DNA of 64,000 nt from positions 2,665 to 66,664 of the forward strand of contig CAIQCQ010000034.1 of NCBI GenBank assembly GCA_903870365.1. The letters run 5' to 3'. The notes beneath the pieces are model-generated. The model was not told the origin of the DNA, searched no databases, and was given only the letters and a program-made list of their open reading frames with translations. The translations under genes were made by a program, and so were the position numbers. Position 1 is the first letter of the stretch; each line of letters starts with the position of its first letter. This DNA comes from an uncultured bacterium. GTDB taxonomy: Bacteria; Patescibacteriota; Minisyncoccia; Phycocordibacterales; DATDWN01. This document shows positions 10,048 through 20,425 of this stretch, piece after piece.

Positions 10048-11826
10048 ATGAAAAATATCTTTGATGCAGTAAAAAAATATGCTCTCGCTCACAAAATAAT
10101 CAGCACGATTGTTATCTTGGTGGTGATATACGGCGGATACAAAATATATGTGAGCGCTCACACCACCACAGGAGTGACTCGCTATGTCCTTGGTACCGTA
10201 CAAAAAGGCCTTGTTATTTCTAGTCTGTCAGAAAGTGGTCAAGTATCAACCACAAACCAGATTGATGTTGCATCAAAAGTTTCTGGGAATATTACGTGGG
10301 TTGGAGTCAAAGTTGGTGACACTGTCTATGCTGGCCAAGCACTTGCAAGTATTGATAATACAACAGCCAAACAAGCCGTAACTGATGCTGAAGCTTCTCT
10401 TGCCGGAGCCCAATTGCAATATCAACAAGATCAAGCATCCGCACCAATCAACTATCAAAATACACTCACTGCTTTAACAACCGCTCAAGACAACCTTGCT
10501 ACAGAATACAACAATACATTTAATGATCTTTCTAATACATATCTGGATCTCCCGACGGTGATCAATGGTGCACAAAATATTTTATACGGTTTTGATTTGA
10601 GTCCAAGTAAAACACAGGCCAATGCTGACGTATTGATCAATACATTTAACAATGATCTTCAGACGACCGTACGAACGTCGGCAACACAAGCAGAAAGTGA
10701 TTATACAACAGCTCGGTCTTCATATGACCCCGCTCTTGCCCAATATCAAATTACTCAAAGAAATTCTGCAACCAGTACCATCGAAACACTCTTGACGACA
10801 TCAATTCAAACGACTACAAATATTGCGCAAGCACTACAAAGTGAACTTAACTTCCTCGCTCTTGTCAGTGATGTGGCTACCCAAAACAATATTCATATAC
10901 CGACCACAATTACCACACTGCAAACAAATGCAAGAAATTATCTCACCACAACAAACAACGATCTCAGTCTCTTACTTTCAGAAAAGAAAGCCTTACAATC
11001 AGCAAAACAAACAATTACAACTGATCAACAAAACATCGTACTTCTCCAGGTTGGCAACCCAACTCAAGACAACCCCATCACGCTCCAAATTGAAAAAAAT
11101 AACTTGGCCAAACAACAACAAGATTTAGATAATCTCAAAACTACACTCGGATACTATACGATCACCGCTCCTTTTGCCGGCACCATATCTGCTGTGCCTG
11201 CAAAAGTTGGTCTCAATGCGGGAACCATTGCCACTGTGGTCACCAACCAACAAATTGCTCAACTTTCTGTCAACGAAGTAGACGCAGCAAAAATTGCTCT
11301 CGGAGACAAAGCGGTTATTACTTTTGATGCGTTGAGTGACTTGAGTATTACGGGAACTATTAATGAAATTGATCCTGTCGGTACCGTCAGTCAAGGTGTG
11401 GTGAGCTATATCGTCAAAATAACGTTTGATACCCAAGACCCACGTGTCAAACCAGGCATGACAGTCAACGCTTCGATCCAAACAGCAGCACATCCAGATG
11501 TACTGTACGTACCAAGCAGTGCAGTCAAAACAACTGCTGGTGCAAGTTATGTTCAAGCTTTTACTCCCCCACTCGTTGATACCAGTAATGGTGCCGGCAT
11601 GACATCAGCAACACCACCAGTACAAACACCAGTTACTGTTGGTATATCAAACAGCACCAGTGTTGAAATCCTTTCTGGAGTGACCGAAGGACAACAAATT
11701 GTCACACGAACTACGACTGGCACAACAGCCACAAAAACAACAACTACTCCAACTGCCACATCACTCCTTGGGGGTGGTGCCGGAGGACGTCCTGGAGCAA
11801 CTGGTGGGGTAAGAATTGGAGGATAA
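10048..11826 (+). CDS. Efflux periplasmic adaptor subunit (MacA/HlyD-like)
   Basis: Lipoyl halves VASKVSG..VKVGD / ITAPFAG, long coiled coil, VKPGMTV, EILSGV.EG. Confidence 0.88.
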   Translation: MKNIFDAVKKYALAHKIISTIVILVVIYGGYKIYVSAHTTTGVTRYVLGTVQKGLVISSLSESGQVSTTNQIDVASKVSGNITWVGVKVGDTVYAGQALASIDNTTAKQAVTDAEASLAGAQLQYQQDQASAPINYQNTLTALTTAQDNLATEYNNTFNDLSNTYLDLPTVINGAQNILYGFDLSPSKTQANADVLINTFNNDLQTTVRTSATQAESDYTTARSSYDPALAQYQITQRNSATSTIETLLTTSIQTTTNIAQALQSELNFLALVSDVATQNNIHIPTTITTLQTNARNYLTTTNNDLSLLLSEKKALQSAKQTITTDQQNIVLLQVGNPTQDNPITLQIEKNNLAKQQQDLDNLKTTLGYYTITAPFAGTISAVPAKVGLNAGTIATVVTNQQIAQLSVNEVDAAKIALGDKAVITFDALSDLSITGTINEIDPVGTVSQGVVSYIVKITFDTQDPRVKPGMTVNASIQTAAHPDVLYVPSSAVKTTAGASYVQAFTPPLVDTSNGAGMTSATPPVQTPVTVGISNSTSVEILSGVTEGQQIVTRTTTGTTATKTTTTPTATSLLGGGAGGRPGATGGVRIGG

Positions 11827-11928
11827 CGCAAGCCGAAATAAGAATAACGAATTAAGAATTACGAATAATTTTTCCATCGTTTTCTATCCATCGTATTTCA
11901 TAATTCATACTTCGTAATTCTACCCAAC

Positions 11929-12639
11929 ATGATTGAAATTAAAAATATCACAAAAACATACGGTACTGGTGATACAGCCTTCCAGGCATTAAAAGGTGTT
12001 TCTTTTACCATCGAAGACGGTGATTTTGTAGCCATCATGGGTCCATCTGGTTCTGGTAAATCGACCTTGATGCATATCCTTGGTTGTCTCGATACACCAA
12101 CCAGTGGAACATACCTACTCGACAAACACGATGTCTCTACATTTTCTGATGACGAACTGGCTGACATACGCAAAGATAAAATTGGTTTTGTGTTTCAATC
12201 GTTCAATCTTCTGCCTCGTACCACCGTGTTACGTAATGTCATGCTTCCACTCATTTACGCTGGTGTTGATGAAGAGACGCGAGAAAAACGCGCCAAAGAT
12301 GCACTCCTTGCTGCCGGCCTTGCCGAAACGCACTTTGAACACCGCTCAAATGAAATATCTGGTGGACAGATCCAACGTGTGGCAATTGCCCGAGCACTGG
12401 TCAATGATCCATCACTAATACTCGCCGATGAACCAACAGGAAATCTTGATACAAAAACGGGAGACATTGTTCTTGGCACATTTGAGCGTCTCAATCGTGA
12501 ACGTGGACGTACTATTATCCTCATCACTCATGAACCTGATGTAGCAGAACATGCACGTAGAATTATTACTATTCGTGATGGACTCATTGTCAGTGATAGT
12601 ACAGCGCATAAACGAATACATGCAAAAATAGAAAACTAA
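11929..12639 (+). CDS. ABC transporter ATP-binding protein (MacB/LolD-like)
   Basis: GPSGSGKST, ISGGQIQRVAIARAL, ILADEPTGNLD. Confidence 0.96.
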   Translation: MIEIKNITKTYGTGDTAFQALKGVSFTIEDGDFVAIMGPSGSGKSTLMHILGCLDTPTSGTYLLDKHDVSTFSDDELADIRKDKIGFVFQSFNLLPRTTVLRNVMLPLIYAGVDEETREKRAKDALLAAGLAETHFEHRSNEISGGQIQRVAIARALVNDPSLILADEPTGNLDTKTGDIVLGTFERLNRERGRTIILITHEPDVAEHARRIITIRDGLIVSDSTAHKRIHAKIEN

Positions 12640-12644
12640 CATTT

Positions 12645-13877
12645 ATGAACATTACCGACATCTTACAGGAGACTTATACGGCACTATCAGCGAACAAGGT
12701 TCGTAGCAGTCTTACTGTGCTCGGTATTGTCATCGGTATCTCTTCGGTTATCGCTATGGTAGCTATTGGAAACGGTGCCTCTGCATCCATCTCTTCACGT
12801 ATTTCATCACTTGGATCAAACCTCATCATGATCTCCCCTGGTGCGCAACGTTCACAGGGTTTTGGAGTCAGTTCTGGCCGAGGCGCAGCTAAAAGTCTGA
12901 CCCAAGGAGACGCTGATGCTATATCCGCACAAGTTTCAAATGTTGTGGCAGTTGCTTCAGAAGTCTCTGGTCGATATCAAATTACGGCAAAAGGTACAAA
13001 TACAAATACCACCGTTGACGGGGTAACTTCCGCATATGCATCTATCCGTAACGTAGCAATAGATCAAGGCTCATTTATCTCTGACAATGATGACCAATCA
13101 GTCTCAAAAGTAGCTGTCATTGGACCAACCGTCGTAACTGATTTGTTTGGAACGACAGCCGTACCTTCTGATGCAATTGGTCAGACAATCCGCATCAATG
13201 GTATGGAGTTTACAGTCATTGGTGTCACAGTAGCAAAAGGTGGTACTGGTTTTGGAAATCAAGATGACATGATCTATATTCCCGCACAAAGTGCTATGCG
13301 TTACCTCAGTGGTAGTCAATATGTCACGTCGATTGATGTCCAAGCCTCTGATCCCAACGCCATGACTCAAGCACAGTCAGATATCACCAACCTCCTGCTC
13401 CAACGTCACAATATCAGTGACCCGACCCAAGCAGACTTTAGTGTTCTCAATCAAAATGATATTCTTGCTACCGCTTCAAGTGTAACAAATACTTTGACTT
13501 ACCTCCTGGCAGCAGTGGCTGGTATTTCGCTCGTCGTCGGTGGTATTGGTATCATGAACATGATGCTCACCACAGTGACTGAACGTACTCGAGAAATTGG
13601 TCTACGAAAAGCTATTGGTGCAAAAAAAGAAGATATCAGTAAACAATTTTTGATTGAAGCCACTGCTCTGACCCTCATTGGTGGTACCATCGGTATCAGC
13701 CTCGGGTGGCTCATTGCGTATGGAGTCAATGCACTGGGCATCATTAGCGCCACAGTGTCGCTGTCTTCAGTGTTATTGGCTTTTGGGGTGAGTGCGGTGA
13801 TTGGGATTACCTTTGGGTATTACCCAGCCCGCCGAGCTTCTGCTTTAAATCCCATTGAGGCTCTGAGGTATGAGTAA
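12645..13877 (+). CDS. ABC transporter permease (MacB/FtsX family)
   Basis: RSSLTVLGIVIG, GGIGIMNMML..VTERTREIGLRKAIGA, PARRAS.LNPIEALRYE. Confidence 0.96.
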   Translation: MNITDILQETYTALSANKVRSSLTVLGIVIGISSVIAMVAIGNGASASISSRISSLGSNLIMISPGAQRSQGFGVSSGRGAAKSLTQGDADAISAQVSNVVAVASEVSGRYQITAKGTNTNTTVDGVTSAYASIRNVAIDQGSFISDNDDQSVSKVAVIGPTVVTDLFGTTAVPSDAIGQTIRINGMEFTVIGVTVAKGGTGFGNQDDMIYIPAQSAMRYLSGSQYVTSIDVQASDPNAMTQAQSDITNLLLQRHNISDPTQADFSVLNQNDILATASSVTNTLTYLLAAVAGISLVVGGIGIMNMMLTTVTERTREIGLRKAIGAKKEDISKQFLIEATALTLIGGTIGISLGWLIAYGVNALGIISATVSLSSVLLAFGVSAVIGITFGYYPARRASALNPIEALRYE

Positions 13878-13894
13878 TGCTTTGGTCTTTTTGT

Positions 13895-14072
13895 CCGATT
13901 TCATCTTCCGACTTTGTTTTCTTACGAGCAAAGCGAGTTAGAAACACAAGAAGTACCCTTGTGGTGAAATTTTAAAAATGCTCGTCACCGTACGACAGGT
14001 ACGGCTTCTCACATTTTTAAATTTTCCCATTATGAATACATAATGAGTAAGTGTTCCCTTATAAGCGAACTC
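13895..14072 (+). repeat. Family B 3'-UTR repeat with nested sub-repeats
   Basis: CTCGTCACCGTAC-N5-GTACGG core. Nested CACAAGAAGTACCCTTGTGG (also ~7590) and CCCATTATGAATACATAATGAGTAAGTG (inverted at ~18390). Confidence 0.65.
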
Positions 14073-14147
14073 GAACAAAAATCCTCAAAGTGTGGTTAAC
14101 CTTTAGAAATTAGAAATTTTATTTAAAAAAATAATTTAATTACACAT

Positions 14148-14552
14148 ATGAATAAAACAACTGGCATCATATTAGGTTTGGTTCTCATAATTCTCTCTTT
14201 CTACGGTGGTATGAAATACGATCAGAGTAAGGTCGCTTCCACACAAACAGCTCGCACAGGTCAATTTGCTGGACGTGCTGGTGGTGCACGTGGTGGAGTT
14301 TTTGGTGGTGGTGCCATGGGTCAAATTCTTTCCAAAGACGCTCAGAGTATTACCATTGCCCTCATGAGCACATCATCTACTGTCTCCACAGGTTCTGCTA
14401 TTGTCTACGTATCTGCCAGTACCACCATCGCTAAAACAACTACCATACCATTATCTGCTTTGAATATTGGTGACACTGTTATTGTTGCAGGATCAAAGGA
14501 TGCGAGTGGGGCTATCAGTGCAACCTCCATCCAAATTCGCCCTTTACGTTAG
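14148..14552 (+). CDS. Membrane-anchored DUF5666-like protein
   Basis: N-terminal TM, FYGGMKY, LNIGDTVIVAG....G.ISATSIQI. Confidence 0.7.
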   Translation: MNKTTGIILGLVLIILSFYGGMKYDQSKVASTQTARTGQFAGRAGGARGGVFGGGAMGQILSKDAQSITIALMSTSSTVSTGSAIVYVSASTTIAKTTTIPLSALNIGDTVIVAGSKDASGAISATSIQIRPLR

Positions 14553-14567
14553 TAAGATAAACAACAG

Positions 14568-14685
14568 AACTTCCAAATCTGGCGCATTTCGTTGTCAGAC
14601 TTCAAAAAATATTCCTCACCGTACGTCTAGTACGGCTCGAAACATTTTTATCGTCTTCCTAGAACTGCATCCAGATTTGAAAGTT
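14568..14685 (+). repeat. Family B 3'-UTR long-hairpin repeat
   Basis: AACTTCCAAATCTGG...CCGTAC-N5-GTACGG...CCAGATTTGAAAGTT. Confidence 0.7.
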
Positions 14686-14741
14686 GAGCTTAACCTAACC
14701 TCTAGTTTTGATACAATCATGCAAAATGCTATGATTTTGTA

Positions 14742-15515
14742 ATGGAAATAGACAAACACAAAAAGCAGTTCGGCAATCAAGCTGAAAATTACACAAAATA
14801 TAGAAAGCCTTATACAGAGAAGTTGTATGAGCTTCTTTTTTCGCTTGCGCCACAAGGACAAAAGAAAATCCTTGATATTGCTTGTGGAACAGGAAAATCA
14901 ACAGAACCATTAGTAAAAGACGTTGTTGAAGTATTTGGCTGTGATCACGATCCGCTAATGATTACTGAGGCTCAAAAGCAGGCTGAAATAAAAAATCTTT
15001 CCATTCACTACAGTGTTGCTGATGTTGAACATTTACCATTTGCTGATGCAAGTTTTGATGTTGTCACTGTTGGTACTGCTTTTCACTGGTTTGTAAATGA
15101 AAAATCTGCAACAGAGATTAAGCGTGTTTTGAAAGATAAAGGCTTGTTATTTGTATTTTGGACATTAACCGTAAAAGATGTACCAGAAGAAGACTCCCTC
15201 CCGAGAAGTTTTTTCCAGTCGTTTAATTGGGAAAAAGTCCCACAAAAATTGAGAGATTTGAATTATATTTCCACTTTCTTTAAAGAACAGGGTTTTGAGA
15301 ATATTGAAACATCACGAATTTCAGTGAGTCACAATGATACTGTTGAGGAGCAAGTTGGACTCATGAAGACTGCTTCCAGTTATGAGCTTCTTTCAGAAAG
15401 CGAAAAAGAACGATTTGTAAAAGAGATGACTGAAACTTTGACTAAAAAATTAGGTACCAGACTATACTTTACTTTTGAAGAGGAAGTACAGGTATGTTAC
15501 GGATTTAAAATTTAA
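14742..15515 (+). CDS. Class I SAM-dependent methyltransferase
   Basis: ILDIACGTG, LPFADASFDVV, AFHWF. Confidence 0.92.
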   Translation: MEIDKHKKQFGNQAENYTKYRKPYTEKLYELLFSLAPQGQKKILDIACGTGKSTEPLVKDVVEVFGCDHDPLMITEAQKQAEIKNLSIHYSVADVEHLPFADASFDVVTVGTAFHWFVNEKSATEIKRVLKDKGLLFVFWTLTVKDVPEEDSLPRSFFQSFNWEKVPQKLRDLNYISTFFKEQGFENIETSRISVSHNDTVEEQVGLMKTASSYELLSESEKERFVKEMTETLTKKLGTRLYFTFEEEVQVCYGFKI

Positions 15516-15522
15516 CAATCAC

Positions 15523-16077
15523 ATGGAACAACCTAAAAAAGTTTTTATCTACGGCGTTCCGGGCTCTGGGAAAACCACATTTTCTTTGTATCTAAATAAT
15601 ACACTGAATTATCCACTTATTGAGGGAGATACCTTGAGGACTCTTGCTCAGAAAGATAAAACCAGAGAAAAAGATCCTTTTGCGTATATAGGAATTAGTG
15701 GTGCATTCCGAAAATTTGGTGACCCAACAGAAGAAAATGTCATCAAAGGACTCAAAGCTGTAAGACAAAATATGGTTCCCTATATACAAGAAGAGATAGA
15801 AAAATATCCCAATGAATTAATACTGGAATGCGCTTTTTTAGATCCGGAGCAAGTAATGGGTAAAGGTAAAATAATTCTATTAACTAAAGAAGACGAAGAA
15901 GCTCATCGAAAACAGTTTTTTGATCACAGAGAAGAAAACGAAAAAAGTCTGGAACATTTTAAAGCAGCCCGAATCATTCAAAATTACTTAATTAAAGAAG
16001 CAACAAAATATATTGTGGAAACAGTAGAAAATAATTTCGATTTCAAACCATCAGAGCACAATCAAAATATAAGTTAA
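15523..16077 (+). CDS. P-loop kinase (nucleotide/2-phosphoglycerate-kinase-like)
   Basis: IYGVPGSGKTT Walker A, IEGD.LR. Confidence 0.75.
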   Translation: MEQPKKVFIYGVPGSGKTTFSLYLNNTLNYPLIEGDTLRTLAQKDKTREKDPFAYIGISGAFRKFGDPTEENVIKGLKAVRQNMVPYIQEEIEKYPNELILECAFLDPEQVMGKGKIILLTKEDEEAHRKQFFDHREENEKSLEHFKAARIIQNYLIKEATKYIVETVENNFDFKPSEHNQNIS

Positions 16078-16088
16078 TACCCTATATA

Positions 16089-16667
16089 TTACACCACCTC
16101 AACACTCTTCCTTTTCTCCCGTATCTTCACCAAAACATACACTAATGGCACAATGAGTACGACGGCGATGGTGTAATAGGCAATGTATGTCGGACCAAGG
16201 CGGAGGGCGTAGCGGCCAAAGTAATAGCCGATAGCAAGCAGGATGAGTGAACGGATGGCATTGAGGACACCGGCAAAGGTCAAAAAGTTTTTGAACGACA
16301 TTTTTGACACACCACTCGCCACCATAAAAGCCATACCGAGACCGTATGATGCTTTTGCTACGATCATAGTCTTCCACGGTGAACGCTCATACTGTTCCTC
16401 TATCTTTGCAATACGTTCATCAGTCATTCGTAAAAATTTCCATCGTCGAATAGCGGTCTTTCCTCCCCTTCCTAAAAAGTAAAAAAATGAATCTGATATA
16501 AGATCACCAAAAAAGACCACGAGAAATGCCCCTAAAAAAGTCAGCACTCCACGCGAGACTAAAAAACCAGAAATGATGGTGATAATCGGTCCTTCGAGTA
16601 CCGCAATAGGAAAAATCGCTTGGTACTTGTACATTCGAAAAAAACTGATGAGTGCACGCATGGTCAT
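16089..16667 (-). CDS. DedA/VTT family membrane protein
   Basis: LEGP, GDLISDSFFYFLGR, hydrophobic profile. Confidence 0.85.
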   Translation of the reverse strand: MTMRALISFFRMYKYQAIFPIAVLEGPIITIISGFLVSRGVLTFLGAFLVVFFGDLISDSFFYFLGRGGKTAIRRWKFLRMTDERIAKIEEQYERSPWKTMIVAKASYGLGMAFMVASGVSKMSFKNFLTFAGVLNAIRSLILLAIGYYFGRYALRLGPTYIAYYTIAVVLIVPLVYVLVKIREKRKSVEVV

Positions 16668-16676
16668 ATGTATATA

Positions 16677-16841
16677 TTATTGGCTGATTTTATACCCTAC
16701 ATAAATTCCCAAGATACCGCCGACCGCTCCCCACACCATAGCTGACATAGATAATTCGCTCGCGCCCCACAGAAGTGGCAAAAAACTTCCTACGAGAGAT
16801 CCTACCATCATCCCTCCCCAAATCAACTGTTTTGCTTCCAT
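16677..16841 (-). CDS. Small glycine-rich membrane protein (54 aa, below ORF-track cutoff)
   Basis: Manual translation MEAKQLIWGGMMVGSLVGSFLPLLWGASELSMSAMVWGAVGGILGIYVGYKISQ*; fits between the DoxX and DedA genes. Confidence 0.7.
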   Translation of the reverse strand: MEAKQLIWGGMMVGSLVGSFLPLLWGASELSMSAMVWGAVGGILGIYVGYKISQ

Positions 16842-16846
16842 AAAAA

Positions 16847-17272
16847 TTAATTTTGTATATTCGTATTAACCTGTTCTTGAACCAAACTCATGTTTTGTTT
16901 TCCTTGTAACCAGATTGTATCAAGAGACCAATCATCTCTGCCATTCAAAAATATAGAGACTGCAGACAGTGCCAAACCAACATCACGCACTGCCACGTCC
17001 CCATACCCCACCGTATAGGCAATATCAAACAAATGAAGAGCAATGATCAGTGCTGTGTACCGAGTGGCTATACCTGCAATCAGAGCGGTGCCAACGACAA
17101 GTTCAAATGCACCATTGAGATATATAAGTACTGTTGGACTAAGGCCAAGCATAGTAGTCCATGTAGGGAGCAAAAACACCCACATCTCTGGATGCAATAT
17201 CTGTTCCACACCAAACCACAGCACAACTAAGGCAATACCGACTCGCACAACGACAGGGGCGTATTTTTTCAT
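16847..17272 (-). CDS. DoxX family membrane protein
   Basis: VRVGIALVVLWFG, GAFELVVG..L..G..TR, VRDVGL. Confidence 0.85.
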   Translation of the reverse strand: MKKYAPVVVRVGIALVVLWFGVEQILHPEMWVFLLPTWTTMLGLSPTVLIYLNGAFELVVGTALIAGIATRYTALIIALHLFDIAYTVGYGDVAVRDVGLALSAVSIFLNGRDDWSLDTIWLQGKQNMSLVQEQVNTNIQN

Positions 17273-17370
17273 CCCGTTAGAGTTTTAATAAGAATTTTTT
17301 AATAATTAAACAGTCTACAGAGTAAATATACCTGTACTATATTAACCCCTTAGATAAAACTCTAACGGGA
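17272..17370. mobile_element. Start-codon MITE (DoxX gene)
   Basis: TCA|TCCCGTTAGAG...CTCTAACGGGA|TCA; 99 bp. Confidence 0.88.
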
Positions 17371-17429
17371 TCATATGAATATATTATACGCAATATACGT
17401 ATGTAAGTACATTTTGTATGCACACACAT

Positions 17430-18314
17430 TTACCTCTTTTCAAGAAACAATTCTCCAGGAAAACCGTCTGATTTTTCACATGAATAATCACTTTTTATGA
17501 TGACGTATTCAAATGTAAAGTGATGACGTAATATATCTGGCGACACAAAAAACAAACCCGTGGTCAAGGCATCTGCGACGATGGTGCTATCAGCCACCAC
17601 CCATACAGCCAAAATATCTTGTGGCGAGGTTAATGTCTCTGGACTAATAACATGATGGAAGTTCTGCCACACTCGACGATTACCGGCAGAGCCACACAAA
17701 CTCGCATTGGACAAAGTAACTGTACCAATAACTTGAGTTGTATCCTCTGGATGTTCCAAGCCTACCGTCAATGCGGGACCCGCGACATGACGATGACGCA
17801 TATCTCCTCCTGCATCTACACAATACGCATGAATCCCATATCCTTCTATCACTTGCGATACAACATCAACACAATATCCTTTACCCGCTGCTCCAAAATC
17901 AAGCAGTGCTGGTACGCGCATGTGTATCTGTGGGGCTGTATATGAAAACACCTCGTCCCACCCAAGAGGTTTTGTCAGTGGTTTCTTTTGTATCAAAGAA
18001 TATTTCGCATCATACCCTGCATCCACAAGTACCTGGCCAATAAGTGGTGTGACTAGACCATGCGTCACATCGTACATTTTTTTGTAGACAGCAAATAATT
18101 CTTTTGCATCATCTGGTAGTACATAGTCACCAGCAGTCCGAGCCATTTCTGATACTACCGAATCATCTCGAAAACGCGAATAGGTTTTATCAAAGATTGC
18201 AATACGCTCAAGGATCTTGTGGTACACCAAATCGACTTGTTCAGCTGTGTATTCGCCGTACAAGTCGATGACCCAATGAGTGCCAATAGCCTCGAAAATA
18301 AGTTGAGAGGACAT
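17430..18314 (-). CDS. apbE: FAD:protein FMN transferase
   Basis: AIGT, YSRFRDDS, LDFGAAGKGY.VD, VDAGGDM, HHVISP, ADALTT. Confidence 0.92.
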   Translation of the reverse strand: MSSQLIFEAIGTHWVIDLYGEYTAEQVDLVYHKILERIAIFDKTYSRFRDDSVVSEMARTAGDYVLPDDAKELFAVYKKMYDVTHGLVTPLIGQVLVDAGYDAKYSLIQKKPLTKPLGWDEVFSYTAPQIHMRVPALLDFGAAGKGYCVDVVSQVIEGYGIHAYCVDAGGDMRHRHVAGPALTVGLEHPEDTTQVIGTVTLSNASLCGSAGNRRVWQNFHHVISPETLTSPQDILAVWVVADSTIVADALTTGLFFVSPDILRHHFTFEYVIIKSDYSCEKSDGFPGELFLEKR

Positions 18315-18350
18315 ATGAACGGAAATGCAAATTCCTATTGTTTAATTAGA

Positions 18351-18509
18351 AAAACTTTCATAATTTGATTGAGATCGCGTATAAGGGCACACTTACTCAT
18401 TATGTATTCATAATGGGAAATTTTCGGAAGATTCGTAGACGTATTAGACATACGGCGGAGAATATTTTTTAGAATTTAGACGATGAGATCGGTCAAATTT
18501 GGAAGTTTT
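18351..18509 (-). repeat. Family B 3'-UTR long-hairpin repeat
   Basis: AAACTTTCATAATTTGATTGAGATCGC...GATGAGATCGGTCAAATTTGGAAGTTT. Confidence 0.7.
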
Positions 18510-18515
18510 AAAAGT

Positions 18516-19025
18516 TTACGCTGTTGCCTGAGTTTTAATTTTGGAAACCGCATCATTAAACCCTCGTGGTGTCAGTGATGAACCAGATACTTTAGTAAGA
18601 TTCAATGTACTGATATCCTGACCGACAACATACGCTTTATATCCTCCAATAAACATTGCTTGATAGCGGGCTGATGTTCCATCACCAGCTCCAGAGGTTA
18701 CTGTAGCGTCTGTCACAATATCATTTTTCAAAACCAACGTGACGTGTACTGCATCATTACCACCAGGTGATGAATAATATCCATCCGCAGAATATGTACC
18801 ATCTTTATATTTTGATGTTGGTGCGACATCTGCTGGTGTCGTAGAAGAAGCTGGTGTTGTCACGGGGGCAGTATTAGTCGTATCTACTGGTGCCACTGCT
18901 ACAGGCTGACTGTTTGACTGGTTATTTTTTACTGCAAAAATAACTGCTCCAGCAATAACAACGACCCCAACAATACCTGCAATGAGACTTGTGTTTGATT
19001 TTTTTATTGGTTGAATAGGATCCAT
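18516..19025 (-). CDS. Membrane-anchored FMN-binding domain protein (flavinylation target)
   Basis: YKDGTY, VSGSSLT (SGA[S/T]-like motif); adjacent to apbE. Confidence 0.85.
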   Translation of the reverse strand: MDPIQPIKKSNTSLIAGIVGVVVIAGAVIFAVKNNQSNSQPVAVAPVDTTNTAPVTTPASSTTPADVAPTSKYKDGTYSADGYYSSPGGNDAVHVTLVLKNDIVTDATVTSGAGDGTSARYQAMFIGGYKAYVVGQDISTLNLTKVSGSSLTPRGFNDAVSKIKTQATA

Positions 19026-19226
19026 ATGTGAAAAATTAAATTATAATCGACTATTATAGCATACGTATATACCCGAGCAAAAAGATTCAAATACCAAGAT
19101 ACTCCACCATTTCATATTCACTTCTGTCTTTATAGACTTTAGATTTTTCACCTCAGGAGTACCTGATGTATAAGTGTTCATTTCATTCCGTTATGGACTT
19201 TTAATTGTGGTGCTATACTTATTCCC

Positions 19227-19850
19227 ATGCGGCCATTTCCCTATAAACAAGACTCTCGATTTGCCCTATTCAAAAAGCTCAATTCCCCTGCAAAAATACA
19301 GGATTTTCTCAATACCATCCCATTTAACTTTGAAACAAACGGCGACACCTGCAAATCCCCGCTTCGCACCCTTACAGAACACTCTGCCCAGTGCATGGAA
19401 GGTGCTATGCTTGCTGCTGCCATACTCTGGTACCACGGCGAGAGACCTTTGATCCTCGACCTTCGTACCAACAAACATGATTTTGATCATGTTGTCACTC
19501 TCTTTACACGCAATGGCCTGTGGGGTGCAATCAGCAAAACAAACCACGCCGTCCTCCGCTATCGTGATCCAGTCTATACCAGCGTACGTGAACTGGTCAT
19601 GTCATATTTTCATGAATACTTTACTGATGATGGTAAAAAAACGCTAGTGAGTTATTCTGCGCCATATAGTCTACTCTGTTTTAGTAATGACTGGCTGATC
19701 GCAGACGAAGACATCTGGTATATCCCCACTCAGCTCGATGATTCCAAACACATTCCCATCGCTCCACTATCAATTATGAAAAACCTCCGTCCCACTGACC
19801 AAGTCGAGAGAGAATATGGAAAGATTGTTGAATGGAAGAAAAAATCTTGA
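19227..19850 (+). CDS. Conserved hypothetical protein, transglutaminase-like
   Basis: AQCMEGA, DHVV, WGAISKTN (Cys/His candidates). Confidence 0.7.
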   Translation: MRPFPYKQDSRFALFKKLNSPAKIQDFLNTIPFNFETNGDTCKSPLRTLTEHSAQCMEGAMLAAAILWYHGERPLILDLRTNKHDFDHVVTLFTRNGLWGAISKTNHAVLRYRDPVYTSVRELVMSYFHEYFTDDGKKTLVSYSAPYSLLCFSNDWLIADEDIWYIPTQLDDSKHIPIAPLSIMKNLRPTDQVEREYGKIVEWKKKS

Positions 19851-19920
19851 ATAAACAAAAAACCGCCGAAGCGGTTTTTTATTTATCAATAGGACATGTA
19901 TCCTACAGAAAAAATTACAA

Positions 19921-20178
19921 TTATGATAGATGCTTTGAAACAAGCTTAGTCATTTCAAACATGTTGACCACAGCCTTACCACCAAACACTTTCTTCAAAG
20001 GTTCATCTGCGACAATGTTTCGCTTGTTCTTTGGATCCTGGAGGTCCTTACCCTTGATGTATACCCAAAGCTTCTTTACAACCTCTGATCGAGGCATTGG
20101 ACCCTTTCCTACGACAACAGCCAAATCAGGACTGATGGTCATTGGCTTCATAAATGCAGAATTTACTTTTTTTTCCAT
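19921..20178 (-). CDS. Stand-alone SWIB/MDM2 domain protein
   Basis: SPDLA.VVG..PMPRSEVVKKLWVYIK...LQDPKNKRNI.AD..LK.VF. Confidence 0.93.
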   Translation of the reverse strand: MEKKVNSAFMKPMTISPDLAVVVGKGPMPRSEVVKKLWVYIKGKDLQDPKNKRNIVADEPLKKVFGGKAVVNMFEMTKLVSKHLS

Positions 20179-20295
20179 AATATTTGTCGGACTTTCACAA
20201 AGTCCCTCTTAATTCTAATTATTATTAACTGTCCCACTACTATACCATAGGCTCTCCCTAGGGGGAAATACCTTGTCCACTGTACAGAATCACTC

Positions 20296-20388
20296 GGATT
20301 GTTTTTAAAAGAGCACGCATAAAACTTTGCTAAGTTTTTGCTCAGTCTCGCGCCGCCGCGCTTGCGAAGCCTCTTTTAAAAACAATCC
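20296..20388. repeat. Hairpin element with 18-bp perfect inverted repeat
   Basis: GGATTGTTTTTAAAAGAG...CTCTTTTAAAAACAATCC. Confidence 0.6.
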
Positions 20389-20425
20389 TCATTCCAGCTA
20401 AATAAAACAAAAAATACGAGTGATT

